From positions 48,171-112,170 of the forward strand of contig JAMPXB010000002.1 of assembly GCA_023701435.1 (NCBI GenBank): a stretch of DNA of 64,000 nucleotides. The letters run 5' to 3'. A program made the translations under genes and the position numbers. This document shows positions 7,220-16,692 of the stretch, piece by piece. The notes below the pieces were generated by a model that saw only the letters and a program-made list of their open reading frames with translations, did no database searches and was not told the origin of the DNA. How positions within the stretch are numbered: position 1 is the first letter of the stretch; each line of letters starts with the position of its first letter. This DNA is from Bacteriovoracaceae bacterium (GTDB taxonomy: Bacteria > Bdellovibrionota > Bacteriovoracia > Bacteriovoracales > Bacteriovoracaceae).

Positions 7220-9420
7220 GATTTTTCTCCTGACCCAGAAGTTGGTCTCCATCTTTTAAGAAGCAAGGAATTAGTCACTACACTGACTGAACTCATCGCC
7301 ATCGCCGCACCTGCCACAACCGGACTTAAGTAGCCCAAGGCCGCCAATGGAATACCGATAATGTTATAGATAAAGGCCCAGAAAAGGTTCTGCTTAATTT
7401 TAGAATAAGTTTGTCTGGAAACTGAGATGGCATCAGGAATGAGTAGGGGATTACCGCGCATTAAGGTAATCCCGGCCGAATGCATGGCCACATCTGTTCC
7501 TGTCGACATGGCAATTCCCACATGGGCCGCGGCCAGTGCCGGAGCATCATTAATCCCGTCTCCGACCATTCCTACTATTTCACCTTGTCGTTTAAATTCC
7601 TGGATGACCTGTGACTTGTGCTCTGGGAGCACTTCCGCCTTTACTACATCAATTCCCAGTTCACGCGCCACCATATTGGCACTGCCCTGATTGTCGCCTG
7701 TTAGCATCATGGTCTTAATTCCCAGACGCTTTAAGCGCGCAATGGTTTCTCGCGCAGACTCTTTGATGGTGTCTTTAAAGCTCACTAGTCCCAGAACTCT
7801 ATTTTCAGTGGCATCAATTAAAAAGGAGACTGTTTCTCCGGCCTCTTCACGTTTTTTTGCCAGAGTCTCGATCTCAGAATGAAAAAGGTGATGTTCTTCT
7901 AAAAGTCTCTTACTTCCTAGGAGAAATTTCTTTCCTTCAATAACTGCTTCGAGGCCCCGGCCAGGCAAGGCCTTAGTGGAGGTGGCTCGTCCTGGATTAA
8001 TTTGCTGTTGATCAGCCTTTTCCAGCACTGCTCGGGCCAGAGGATGCTCACTGCCACTTTGAATGGTGGCGAGGATTTTTAAAACTTCAGCAGCAGGTGT
8101 TTCACCGAAGGCCTCAAGGAAGCTCACCGCCGGTCTTCCCTCAGTCAATGTGCCTGTTTTGTCAAAAGCAATGAGTGTGACGGAATGGGCCACTTCCAGT
8201 GCTTCAGCATCTTTAATAAGAATACCGGCCTTGGCGGCAACACCTGTTCCGACCATGATGGAGGTCGGTGTGGCCAGTCCCAAAGCACAAGGGCAGGCAA
8301 TGACCAGAACGGCCACTCCGTGAATGATGCCTAATTCCCAATCTCCGCTTGTCAGGGCGGTAAGGATGATGGTGAGAAATGCGATGATTAAAACGGTGGG
8401 AACAAAATAAGCACTGACTTTGTCCACCAATCTTTGGATCGGTGCTTTCACTGCCTGAGCGTCTTCAACCATCCGGATAATTTTTGCCAGCATCGTTTCA
8501 GATCCCAAAGCGGTGACTTCTACTTGAATCAGTCCATCGCCATTAATGGAGCCGCCGACGACTTTATCATTTTCATTTTTAACAACAGGAAGACTCTCAC
8601 CGGTTATTAATGATTCATCAACTTGAGTCACGCCATTTTTTATGGTTCCATCGACAGGAATTCTTTCACCGGGTTTAACGATGACCATGTCATTTAAGAC
8701 CAAAGACTCAATGGCCACTTCTCTTTCTTGACCGTCTCGAAGAATTCTGGCGGTTGTGGGTCTCAGGGCCTCAAGGGCCCCAATGGCCGCAGTTGTTTGC
8801 TGCTTGGCCCGGCTCTCTAAGTATTTACCCAGGAGGACTAGGGTAATGACCACCGCTGAGGCTTCAAAGTAGAGGTGTGGAGTATGATGTTCCAGATGCT
8901 CAAGATTTTGCAGCAATATATATAAACTAAGTCCATAGGCCGCAGAAGTTCCTATCGCTACTAATAATTCCATATTCCCTGAACGGGCCTTAATGGCACC
9001 CCATCCGGATTTATAAAAGCGAGCGCCTATAAAAAACTGAATGGGAGTGGCAAGCAGTAGCTGGAACCAGGGAGAGGGCATCAAATGAAGTCCAAAAGGT
9101 TCAAAAAGCATTGGCAGTGCCAAGGGCAGGGTCAGGAGAATAGAAATGAGGACCAGATGCTTTTGCTTTTTTAGTTCCACGTCTTTTGATGCATCTTTTT
9201 TAGGAGATGCCATTTGGGCCTCATAACCGGCCTTGTTCACTAGCCCGATGATTTTTTCCACATCGGTTTTCGTAGGATCAAAATCAATACTGGCCTTTTC
9301 AGTGGCCAGATTAACGGAGGCCGCAATGACGGCTTCATCTTTTTTCAATATTCTTTCGATACGGTTGACGCAAGAGGCACAAGTCATGCCTTTTATATCT
9401 AGATTAATGTGTTGTTGCAT
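7216..9420 (-). CDS. copA: Copper-translocating P1B-type ATPase
   Basis: N-terminal HMA domain GMTCASC, CPC in TM6 (ACPCALGLATP), DKTGTLT phosphorylation site, and GDGINDAP. Confidence 0.95.
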   Translation of the reverse strand: MQQHINLDIKGMTCASCVNRIERILKKDEAVIAASVNLATEKASIDFDPTKTDVEKIIGLVNKAGYEAQMASPKKDASKDVELKKQKHLVLISILLTLPLALPMLFEPFGLHLMPSPWFQLLLATPIQFFIGARFYKSGWGAIKARSGNMELLVAIGTSAAYGLSLYILLQNLEHLEHHTPHLYFEASAVVITLVLLGKYLESRAKQQTTAAIGALEALRPTTARILRDGQEREVAIESLVLNDMVIVKPGERIPVDGTIKNGVTQVDESLITGESLPVVKNENDKVVGGSINGDGLIQVEVTALGSETMLAKIIRMVEDAQAVKAPIQRLVDKVSAYFVPTVLIIAFLTIILTALTSGDWELGIIHGVAVLVIACPCALGLATPTSIMVGTGVAAKAGILIKDAEALEVAHSVTLIAFDKTGTLTEGRPAVSFLEAFGETPAAEVLKILATIQSGSEHPLARAVLEKADQQQINPGRATSTKALPGRGLEAVIEGKKFLLGSKRLLEEHHLFHSEIETLAKKREEAGETVSFLIDATENRVLGLVSFKDTIKESARETIARLKRLGIKTMMLTGDNQGSANMVARELGIDVVKAEVLPEHKSQVIQEFKRQGEIVGMVGDGINDAPALAAAHVGIAMSTGTDVAMHSAGITLMRGNPLLIPDAISVSRQTYSKIKQNLFWAFIYNIIGIPLAALGYLSPVVAGAAMAMSSVSVVTNSLLLKRWRPTSGSGEKS

Positions 9421-9444
9421 AAATTCATCCTTTTCGATAGGCCG

Positions 9445-9475
9445 ATTATAGACCTTCCCATCATGGGAAGGTCAA
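9445..9475 (-). promoter_or_regulatory. CueR/MerR-type promoter of copA (19-bp spacer with dyad)
   Basis: The minus strand reads TTGACC-TTCCCATGATGGGAAGGTC-TATAAT. The dyad is GACCTTCCC-N5-GGGAAGGTC, close to the E. coli PcopA operator (CCTTCC..GGAAGG). It lies 25 nt upstream of the copA ATG. Confidence 0.8.
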
Positions 9476-9661
9476 GGCAGAATGGCCCTCTTCCGCCAGA
9501 ACCTGGATTATTTTGTCCAGATCCACCACTGAATCAATAACGACGAGCTTACTGGCAAGGTCAACTGTCACCTTCATATTTGGGTCAAGTTCCTTTAGAA
9601 CATCTTCGATATTAAGAACACAGCTCTTACATTTCATATTTTCAACTTTTAATTTATACAT
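9461..9661 (-). CDS. copZ: CopZ-like cytoplasmic heavy-metal-associated (HMA) chaperone
   Basis: Start trimmed to MYKLKVENMKCKSCVLNIEDVLKEL (MxCxxC metal site, ferredoxin-like size), preceded by an AGGAGGA SD. The track start 9700 would run into the promoter. Confidence 0.75.
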   Translation of the reverse strand: MYKLKVENMKCKSCVLNIEDVLKELDPNMKVTVDLASKLVVIDSVVDLDKIIQVLAEEGHSALTFP

Positions 9662-9691
9662 ACATCCTCCTGGATAGTCTTTGATCGGTTT

Positions 9692-9722
9692 ATTCTGCAC
9701 CTTCCCCTTAGGGGAAGGTCAA
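9692..9722 (-). promoter_or_regulatory. Second CueR/MerR-type promoter, upstream of copZ
   Basis: The minus strand reads TTGACC-TTCCCCTAAGGGGAAGGTG-CAGAAT, a 19-bp spacer carrying the dyad ACCTTCCCC-N3-GGGGAAGGT. Confidence 0.75.
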
Positions 9723-9807
9723 ATTTATTATTTATTTTTGGTAAATGTCACAAAAGGGGAGGACCTTACGTCTAAAAGGCAAATATTAATTTTGAGGATA
9801 AGATATT

Positions 9808-10440
9808 ATGAAATTTCTGACCCTGATAGCTCTATTTATGACCGGCAGTCTTTATGCCCACCCTGTAATTTTTGAAGGCGGAACGGTCATCAGTTCATCT
9901 AATATGGAAAGTTATAGCGATAATCAAATCCTTTATTCGTATAGTTCAAAATGGGCGGCCGGAGTTAATCACTGGCGTTTCACTAAAAATGAAGACAACA
10001 CTGAGATGGGACTGGCACGATTAAACCATCTCTTCTGGCGTAAAAATGGTGAGGATTTTCAGTCCAACATTTACCTTTTAGGTGGTATCGGGGTTATCGA
10101 CTCAGAAATTGATAAGCGCACTACTGATGACGTTTATATGGTAGGGATAGAAGCTGACTGGGAAACCCGAAATCTTTTTGCCGCCTTAAAGCACTATCAG
10201 TTTACTTCACCCCGGGTCACTGACCTGGCCATGACTCAGGCCCGAGTGGGGTTTTCACCCAAAGAAACACCTTATGATCAGCTGCAAACTTGGTTTATGG
10301 TTCAGGGCATGTATGCCGGAGACATTGATCGCACAGTATCTATTACTCCTTTACTGCGCTTTTTTTACCATAATGTTTTATGGGAAATGGGTGCCAGCAC
10401 TCGGGGAGAGTGGCTCCTAAATTTAATGGTTCATATCTAA
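9808..10440 (+). CDS. Putative outer-membrane beta-barrel protein of the metal island
   Basis: Signal peptide MKFLTLIALFMTGSLYA. Alternating-hydrophobicity strands and aromatic girdle residues. Divergent from copZ and first gene of a 3-gene unit. Confidence 0.5.
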   Translation: MKFLTLIALFMTGSLYAHPVIFEGGTVISSSNMESYSDNQILYSYSSKWAAGVNHWRFTKNEDNTEMGLARLNHLFWRKNGEDFQSNIYLLGGIGVIDSEIDKRTTDDVYMVGIEADWETRNLFAALKHYQFTSPRVTDLAMTQARVGFSPKETPYDQLQTWFMVQGMYAGDIDRTVSITPLLRFFYHNVLWEMGASTRGEWLLNLMVHI

Positions 10441-10460
10441 TAACAACAACGAGGAATATT

Positions 10461-10733
10461 ATGAAAAAGTTTTTAATTGCATGTTTACTTATCAGTGGAT
10501 CGGCGATGGCCAAAGATATTACCATCAAAGTTAATGGAATGGTTTGTTCTCTTTGTGCTCAGGGGATTGAGAAAAAATTCAAGGATGTCTCTGAGGTAAG
10601 TTCGATAAAAGTGGATCTTGATAACAAGGTTGTTTTTTTAACCACTAAAGGTGATCTTGATATAAACGATGAAAGCATTACAAAAATTATTACAGGAGCG
10701 GGATATAATGTTGCCAGCATTGAAAGAAAATAA
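10461..10733 (+). CDS. Periplasmic HMA-domain metal-binding protein (MerP-like)
   Basis: Start trimmed to MKKFLIACLLISGSAMA (signal peptide) after a GAGGA SD. Metal site is GMVCSLCAQG. It is a paralogue of 41509..41784. Confidence 0.8.
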   Translation: MKKFLIACLLISGSAMAKDITIKVNGMVCSLCAQGIEKKFKDVSEVSSIKVDLDNKVVFLTTKGDLDINDESITKIITGAGYNVASIERK

Positions 10734-11094
10734 ATTATTCCAATTATTCATTAGTTGGTTGGGGCTTTTTGGATCCTTTGGTACCTTGTTGTGCTGTGCA
10801 ATTCCTTCGACTTTAGTGCTCTTGGGGTTTGGTGCAACAATGGCCTCTTTCCTGGGCAATTTCCCCCAATTAATCTGGCTCTCTGAAAATAAAGGCTTTG
10901 TTTTTGGATTCAGTTTTTTCATGCTGGGACTTTCTTATGTCGGTCAAAAATATGCGGCCACTCAGGTCTGCCCAATTGACAAAAAAGAAGACTGCCAAAG
11001 CACCAAGAATTGGTCGAAGTTAATTTTCTGGACTTCAATTGGGGTTAACCTCATTGGTGCCTTTTATGCCTTTATCCTGCCAAGGATTTTGTAG
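10708..11094 (+). CDS. MerT/MerF-like CC-motif membrane protein (putative metal uptake component)
   Basis: Three predicted TM segments. The first carries LLCCAIPSTL (vicinal Cys-Cys followed by Pro, as in the first TM of MerT). A second Cys pair lies in a loop (VCPIDKKEDC). It overlaps the upstream HMA gene by 26 nt. Confidence 0.5.
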   Translation: MLPALKENKLFQLFISWLGLFGSFGTLLCCAIPSTLVLLGFGATMASFLGNFPQLIWLSENKGFVFGFSFFMLGLSYVGQKYAATQVCPIDKKEDCQSTKNWSKLIFWTSIGVNLIGAFYAFILPRIL

Positions 11095-11282
11095 GCCAGG
11101 AAGGACTTGAAAATCTTTCATTTTGTCACACTGCTGTGGTTGCCCATAAGTCTCCGGATATAAAAGACAAATTTTGCATAAGAAAAAAAACTTACATGCA
11201 ATATTAAGTCAGAATTGGATTACTTTACTTCTAAAGTCGGCTGTTCTAGCGTTTACTCAGTTTACTTAATAAAGGAGAACGT

Positions 11283-11645
11283 ATGTTTAAAACAATGATT
11301 TTGACCGCTCTGACTATGATTTCTGCTCAAGCCTTCGCTGGCTCAGAGATCGAACTTTTTGGGAAATTAGTTAATATGGATTGCACCATTAAAAATGGTG
11401 TTGTGACTAAGACCATGTCCTTTTCTAAGGAGAAAGATTTATCTTTCAGCACATCTCATAAGATCAATGTTGATGGACTTGAGAAGTATGCTGAACGCGC
11501 TGTTGCCCTGACTACTAATAATCCTCACGTAAATACGGATTATAAGTTTAAAATTACTATGGATGGAAAAACCACTGAGATTAACCAGGCCGATTCGAAA
11601 GAAGCCTTATATGTGGTTCGTATGATCGTTCAAGCTTGTAAATAA
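11283..11645 (+). CDS. Secreted hypothetical protein
   Basis: Signal peptide MFKTMILTALTMISAQAFA; AAGGAG SD; followed by a strong terminator. Confidence 0.55.
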   Translation: MFKTMILTALTMISAQAFAGSEIELFGKLVNMDCTIKNGVVTKTMSFSKEKDLSFSTSHKINVDGLEKYAERAVALTTNNPHVNTDYKFKITMDGKTTEINQADSKEALYVVRMIVQACK

Positions 11646-11657
11646 GTTCTAATCGTA

Positions 11658-11684
11658 GGGGCCCCATTGCGGGCCCCTTTTTTT
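11658..11684 (+). terminator. Rho-independent terminator
   Basis: GGGGCC..GGCCCC stem followed by T7. Confidence 0.75.
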
Positions 11685-11761
11685 GCCATAAAGAAAACTA
11701 TTAATTCATCTATTGATTTATGATATGGTTAATCCATTCAAATCAATAATGAGGTTTCTTT

Positions 11762-12340
11762 ATGAAAGTTTTAATTTCAGCTCTCGCACTTACATTATCT
11801 TTTTCTGCATTCTCCGCTACAGATGTTTGTTCAGTTAGTTATAATCCACAAGGATCAACATTAAATTGGACAGCTTTTAAAACTCCAAAAAAAGTCGGCG
11901 TTAAGGGGCAGTTTACTAATCTTGTTATTAATACAAGCAAGTCTGCTAATGTAGACGAACTTCTTTCCAAGGCCACTTTCGAAGTAGAGACAAATTCTGT
12001 TTCTACTAATGATAAGGGCCGTGATGCTAAAATTTTCCACTTCTTTTTTAAGAAGATGTCTAAGGGAACAAAAATCACTGGGAAAGTCGTGAAAGTTAAT
12101 CCAACTAATGTTGATGTTGAATTCTCACTCAATGGCGCTACAAAAATTATTACCTTAACAAAAACATATAATGAGGCCCAAAACACAGTTACTCTTAACG
12201 GTGAAATGAATGTCCTTGATTTCGGCATGAAAGATAACCTGGCCTCTCTAACTAAGGCCTGTGAAACACTTCATGAAGGTGTGACATGGCCTGACGTTAC
12301 GGTTGAACTTGTGGCCTCAGTTCCGAAGTCATGTAACTAA
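11762..12340 (+). CDS. Secreted YceI-like protein
   Basis: Signal peptide; LNWTAFKTPKKVGVKGQFTN..ATFEVETNSVSTNDKGRDAKI resembles the YceI pattern (strand-G-x-F, then D-x-RD). Confidence 0.5.
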   Translation: MKVLISALALTLSFSAFSATDVCSVSYNPQGSTLNWTAFKTPKKVGVKGQFTNLVINTSKSANVDELLSKATFEVETNSVSTNDKGRDAKIFHFFFKKMSKGTKITGKVVKVNPTNVDVEFSLNGATKIITLTKTYNEAQNTVTLNGEMNVLDFGMKDNLASLTKACETLHEGVTWPDVTVELVASVPKSCN

Positions 12341-12349
12341 GAGGTAACA

Positions 12350-12853
12350 ATGAAATATTTTTTAATAGCTTTATTACTTGGTTCCTCGATTGCTCATGCT
12401 CAGCACTCACATGGTCATGATCATAAGATGAGCGTTGCAAGAAAGGCCTTGAGCTCCCAGGATAAGACCTGGGTTCAGTCGGTTCTGAATAAGAATGATG
12501 AGCTCTTCAATGCTTTTTTAAAAAAAGACAATGCCTTGATTGAAAAGAAGGCCAAAGAACTCTCGAGTGTTGTTTCTAAAAGCAGTTCTTTTAAAGAGAT
12601 TGGGGCCCAAGCTCAGAAATTGAACCTCATTAAGGCATCAAGCAGCCGTGAAAGCAATATGGCGGCCTACGAGTCCTTTTTGAATCCGTTAATTAAATTA
12701 GTTCAGACCTACGATGTAGGTAGCAAATTCAACATTTTCTCATGCCCGATGGTAAATAAATCGTGGATCCAAAACACAGACGTGAATAAGGATGTGCGAA
12801 ACGTTTACGCTATGGAAATGTTAGAGTGTGGAACCCAGGATACGAAATTTTAG
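12350..12853 (+). CDS. DUF3347-like secreted metal-associated protein
   Basis: Signal peptide, then the His-rich QHSHGHDHK. The C-terminal FSCPMVNKSWIQ..NVYAMEMLECG matches the CPM..W..Y..M..CG end of DUF3347. Confidence 0.6.
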   Translation: MKYFLIALLLGSSIAHAQHSHGHDHKMSVARKALSSQDKTWVQSVLNKNDELFNAFLKKDNALIEKKAKELSSVVSKSSSFKEIGAQAQKLNLIKASSSRESNMAAYESFLNPLIKLVQTYDVGSKFNIFSCPMVNKSWIQNTDVNKDVRNVYAMEMLECGTQDTKF

Positions 12854-13073
12854 AAGTTCCAGGAATAGGGGATGCTTTCCATTTTGGGAAGCATCACTAC
12901 TCCAAACCAAAAAATTGCCGTAATGCCTAAGATGAGATTTGCAATGTCTATGAAAGATTCCTTCTTCATAACAACGCCTTTGCTGACGGTGGTCTTTGGT
13001 GACCGCCTTCATTAATTGTAGCACCACGGCGATTCCCGGATAAAGCTGGAAAATAATGTCCTGTTAAACTCCG

Positions 13074-13487
13074 TTATTTTATTTTTTTGAGCAGGTCACT
13101 CAAATAGATGTGTGACAGATAGGATGTTGTTGAATCTTCAATACCTTGAACAATTCCACAAAGAATCTCATTCATGGAACAGCTGACAGCGCATGCTTTT
13201 ACCGCCGGCTTTTTATGAGGTGAAACCAATGTCTTATCTTCCAGAGCGGCCCTATAGATATCTGATAAGGCTATTTTGGTTGGTGGTTGGGCCATTTTAA
13301 TACCGCCGCCTTTGCCACGATAGCTGGTGATTAATCCGGACTGGGCCAGTTTAGAAACTAATTTTCGGATAAAAGTCGGATTTGTTTTCAAAACACGGGC
13401 CAGGTATTCTGAGTTCATCAGTTCGTCCTGATGGTAGGCCAGTGTGAGCATTATATGTACTGAAACTGAAAATCGTGTGTCGACCAT
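13074..13487 (-). CDS. Rrf2-family transcriptional regulator
   Basis: Start trimmed to MVDTRFSVSVHIMLTLAY..NSEYLARVLKTNPTFIRKLVSKLAQSGLITSYRGKGGG (Rrf2 wHTH). Divergent from the 13576 operon. Confidence 0.8.
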   Translation of the reverse strand: MVDTRFSVSVHIMLTLAYHQDELMNSEYLARVLKTNPTFIRKLVSKLAQSGLITSYRGKGGGIKMAQPPTKIALSDIYRAALEDKTLVSPHKKPAVKACAVSCSMNEILCGIVQGIEDSTTSYLSHIYLSDLLKKIK

Positions 13488-13575
13488 AGGGCAAGTATAA
13501 ATTGTCCCATTTGTAGTTACAATTAAATTCATTAAGAGTATAATGTATCCATTATGGATGCAATATGGTGGTGAC

Positions 13576-14553
13576 ATGACTCAAAAATTGAATCTTTCGG
13601 TGCTCGATCTTTGCCCGATGCTCTCAGGGGAAACTCCTTATGAGAGTCTGGCCCATGTGGCGCCACTGGCTTGTCATGTGGAAGAACTGGGATATGAGCG
13701 TTTTTGGGTGGCAGAACACCATGATATGGAAGGAATCGGGAGTTCTTCTCCTGAAGTCCTGATCTCCCATGTTGCGGCAGCGACTAAAAAGATAAGAGTT
13801 GGTTCCGGTGGTATTATGCTGCCTAATCATGCCACTTATCATATGGCAGAAGTCTTTAGAACTCTGGAGGCCCTTTATCCAGGACGAATTGATCTAGGGT
13901 TAGGTCGTGCTCCGGGATCAGGTTCCAAGGCAACCCATGCTCTCAGGCGCTCGATTGAATTAAGTGCTGATAATTTCCCTCAGGAAGTAGAAGATTTAGA
14001 AAAGTATTTACGGGATGAGTTACCACTTAAGGCCGTTCCGGTGAGAGTGAATCGACCTGAGATTTGGATGTTGGGAAGCAGTGATTTTGGGGCGAGACTA
14101 GCGGCCCATCGAAGTCTTCCTTATGCTTTTGCTCAGCACTTTTCAGGCCTGCCTGCGATTGATGTTATTAATTTGTATAAACGAAGTTTCAGGCCTTCAG
14201 AAATTCTGGAAGCCCCCCAAGCGATGATGGCCTGTCATATCATCTGTGCAGAAACTGACAGCGAAGCCGATAAACTGGCTCTCTCTTCTGATTTGTCATT
14301 TGCCTTGTTCTTTAAGACGGGAAAAAATAATCCTCTTCCTAGTGTCAAGGAAGCAGAAGCTTATACTGTGTCAGCGATGGAACGTGAGCAGCTTCGCGCG
14401 ACTTTTCCTAAATTTGTAGGTTCCCCTCAGACCATTAAAAAATTATTAGCACCTTATAGGGCCAGTGGAATAGATCACTTTATGGTCTTGTCCATGATTT
14501 ATGATCAGAAGGCCCGTAAAAAATCCTATGAGTTACTTAAGGAAAATCTATGA
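13576..14553 (+). CDS. LLM-class (luciferase-like) flavin-dependent oxidoreductase
   Basis: LSVLDL..LACHVEELGYERFWVAEHH..IRVGSGGIMLPNH..GRIDLGLGRAPG. Confidence 0.85.
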   Translation: MTQKLNLSVLDLCPMLSGETPYESLAHVAPLACHVEELGYERFWVAEHHDMEGIGSSSPEVLISHVAAATKKIRVGSGGIMLPNHATYHMAEVFRTLEALYPGRIDLGLGRAPGSGSKATHALRRSIELSADNFPQEVEDLEKYLRDELPLKAVPVRVNRPEIWMLGSSDFGARLAAHRSLPYAFAQHFSGLPAIDVINLYKRSFRPSEILEAPQAMMACHIICAETDSEADKLALSSDLSFALFFKTGKNNPLPSVKEAEAYTVSAMEREQLRATFPKFVGSPQTIKKLLAPYRASGIDHFMVLSMIYDQKARKKSYELLKENL

Positions 14554-15509
14554 AAACGAGAAAACTAGGTCTTTCAGATATAGAAGTCGCTCCTCTCGCT
14601 TTTGGGGGTAATGTATTTGGATGGACGGTAAATGAAACAGAGAGTTTTCCTCTCCTTGATAAATTTGTAGAGCATGGTTTTAATCTCATCGATACCGCCG
14701 ATGTTTATAGTGCCTGGGCCCCGGGAAATCATGGTGGAGAGTCAGAGTTGATCATTGGCAAATGGCTTAAGAGAAGCGGTAAAAGAGATAAGGTTATTAT
14801 CGCTACGAAAGTTGGAATGGAGATGGGAGCTGGAAAAAAGGGACTCTCTAAAAGATACATCATTAGTGCCGTAGAGGATTCTTTAAAAAGGCTTCAGATT
14901 GATTACATTGACCTGTATCAGTCTCATCGAGATGATCCGCAAACACCCATTGAAGAAACTTTAAGCGCCTATGATGAGCTTATCAAGGCCGGAAAAGTCC
15001 GTTATGTAGGGGCTTCCAACTTTTCAGTCAGTCGTTTGCAGGAATCTCTGGATATTGCAAAGGCCCACTCTTTACCCTGCTATATTACTCTTCAGCCGCA
15101 ATACAATCTTTATGACCGCGAGGATTATGAAGCAAATTATGCTGAATTTTGTGTGAAAAATAATATTGGAGTTATTAGTTATTACTCACTGGCCAGTGGC
15201 TTCCTCACTGGTAAATACAGGAGTGAAGCCGATCTTAGTAAGAGCGGACGTGGAGCTGGAGTTAAAAGTTATTTAACACCAAAGGGGATGGAGATTTTAT
15301 CCAAAATTGATATTCTTGCCAAAGAGTACAACAGTACACCGGCCCAGATCTCTCTTGCCTGGCTCATGTCACGGCCGGCGATAACTGCGCCGATTGCCAG
15401 TGCGACCAAAATTTCTCAGCTTGAGGATATTATGAAAGCAGTGAATCTTCAGTTAAATCAGGCATCACTGGATTTACTGAACAACAACAAGTATAACGTT
15501 TTTTCATGA
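14550..15509 (+). CDS. Aldo/keto reductase
   Basis: RKLG..IEVAPLAFGGNVFGW..IDTADVYS..YIDLYQSH.. The ATG overlaps the upstream stop (ATGA). Confidence 0.9.
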   Translation: MKTRKLGLSDIEVAPLAFGGNVFGWTVNETESFPLLDKFVEHGFNLIDTADVYSAWAPGNHGGESELIIGKWLKRSGKRDKVIIATKVGMEMGAGKKGLSKRYIISAVEDSLKRLQIDYIDLYQSHRDDPQTPIEETLSAYDELIKAGKVRYVGASNFSVSRLQESLDIAKAHSLPCYITLQPQYNLYDREDYEANYAEFCVKNNIGVISYYSLASGFLTGKYRSEADLSKSGRGAGVKSYLTPKGMEILSKIDILAKEYNSTPAQISLAWLMSRPAITAPIASATKISQLEDIMKAVNLQLNQASLDLLNNNKYNVFS

Positions 15510-16681
15510 ACATAATTATTTTGATATTGGGTCTTCTCACGGCCTTTGGTCCTCTTTCCATTGACATGTATCTTCCTGCACTTCCTGAAATTGCTTCAGA
15601 TTTCAATGTTGGTCTATCTTCTGTCCAGCTATCACTGGCCTCATTTTTAGTAGGTATTGCCTTAGGACAAATATTTTATGGTCCCCTCACAGACCGCTTT
15701 GGACGAAAGAAGCCATTGTATTTTGGATTGACCCTTTATGCGATTGCCTCCTTTATGTGTGCCTCCACTCAGGACGTTGATAGCTTGATCCTCTTTCGTT
15801 TTATCCAGGCATTGGGCTCCTGTGCCGGTATGGTCATAAGCCGGGCCATCGTCCGAGATCTTTATCGTCCTCATGAATGCGCAAAAATTTTCTCGCTGCT
15901 AATGCTTATTATGGGTCTTGCACCTATTCTTGCTCCTATTTTTGGGGGAATGCTGACGGCAGCTTTTGGTTGGCGCTCTATTTTTTGGGTTTTAACTTCG
16001 ATCAGTGTAGTGGCCCTGATAGCGGTTCATTTCTTTTTGAAAGAAACCCATATGCCTCATGAAAAATATGAATTTAAGAATATTTTCAAGAATTACTTAT
16101 CAATCCTTGGTGACCGGGAATTTACTACCCATACACTGGCCATGGCCCTGGTCTACGCAGGAATGTTTGCTTATATTACCGGCTCAGCGTTTGTCTTCAT
16201 TTCCCACTACGGCCTTACACCCAATCAGTATTCCTGGGTCTTTGGCATAAATGCTTTTGGCCTTATCCTTTTTTCCCAGGTCAATGGCAGACTGCTCAGA
16301 AAAAGTACTCCTCAGTCACTGCTGAAATACGTTTATCCTTCAGTGGCCCTCTCGGGAGTGTTGCTTCTTATCGTAGGCATTTTTAATGGTCCTTTATGGG
16401 CCATGTGTTTGGGTCTGTTTTTATATATTCTTAATATGGGTATGATCAGTCCCAATGCTGCTGCCAGTGCCCTGGCCAAGCAAAAAAAGCACGCTGGAAG
16501 TGCTTCGGCCCTGATGGGCACCATTCAATTTACCGTTTCTGCACTTATTTCTTCCTCCGTCAGCCATTTCCATGATGGTACGATCAGGCCCATGTGCTAC
16601 ATGATGTTTTTCTGTGGTGTTTTGGCCTATATTATTTATAAGTTCTTTGGGCCACCGCTTCCGGTCGCTGTTACAAATTAG
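15506..16681 (+). CDS. MFS drug efflux transporter, Bcr/CflA type
   Basis: 12 TM; LSIDMYLPALPEIASDF and GPLTDRFGRKKP motifs; ATGA overlap with the upstream gene. Confidence 0.85.
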   Translation: MNIIILILGLLTAFGPLSIDMYLPALPEIASDFNVGLSSVQLSLASFLVGIALGQIFYGPLTDRFGRKKPLYFGLTLYAIASFMCASTQDVDSLILFRFIQALGSCAGMVISRAIVRDLYRPHECAKIFSLLMLIMGLAPILAPIFGGMLTAAFGWRSIFWVLTSISVVALIAVHFFLKETHMPHEKYEFKNIFKNYLSILGDREFTTHTLAMALVYAGMFAYITGSAFVFISHYGLTPNQYSWVFGINAFGLILFSQVNGRLLRKSTPQSLLKYVYPSVALSGVLLLIVGIFNGPLWAMCLGLFLYILNMGMISPNAAASALAKQKKHAGSASALMGTIQFTVSALISSSVSHFHDGTIRPMCYMMFFCGVLAYIIYKFFGPPLPVAVTN

Positions 16682-16692
16682 AGGAAAGACAT

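Noticed and set aside
7427-8323. ORFs 7427..7690, 7691..7882 and 8063..8323 on the plus strand (Ala/Ser/Pro-rich)
   Set aside because: They are antisense shadows inside the well-supported copA gene. Composition is low-complexity and no motifs are present.
12821-13027. 68-aa minus-strand ORF between DUF3347 and Rrf2 genes. A 39-codon alternative frame (MKKESFIDIANLILGITAIFWFGVVMLPK..) was also considered.
   Set aside because: The track ORF is basic, has no features and overlaps a hairpin. The 39-codon ORF has one plausible TM helix but overlaps the DUF3347 stop and lacks a clear SD, so the evidence is not enough to call it.
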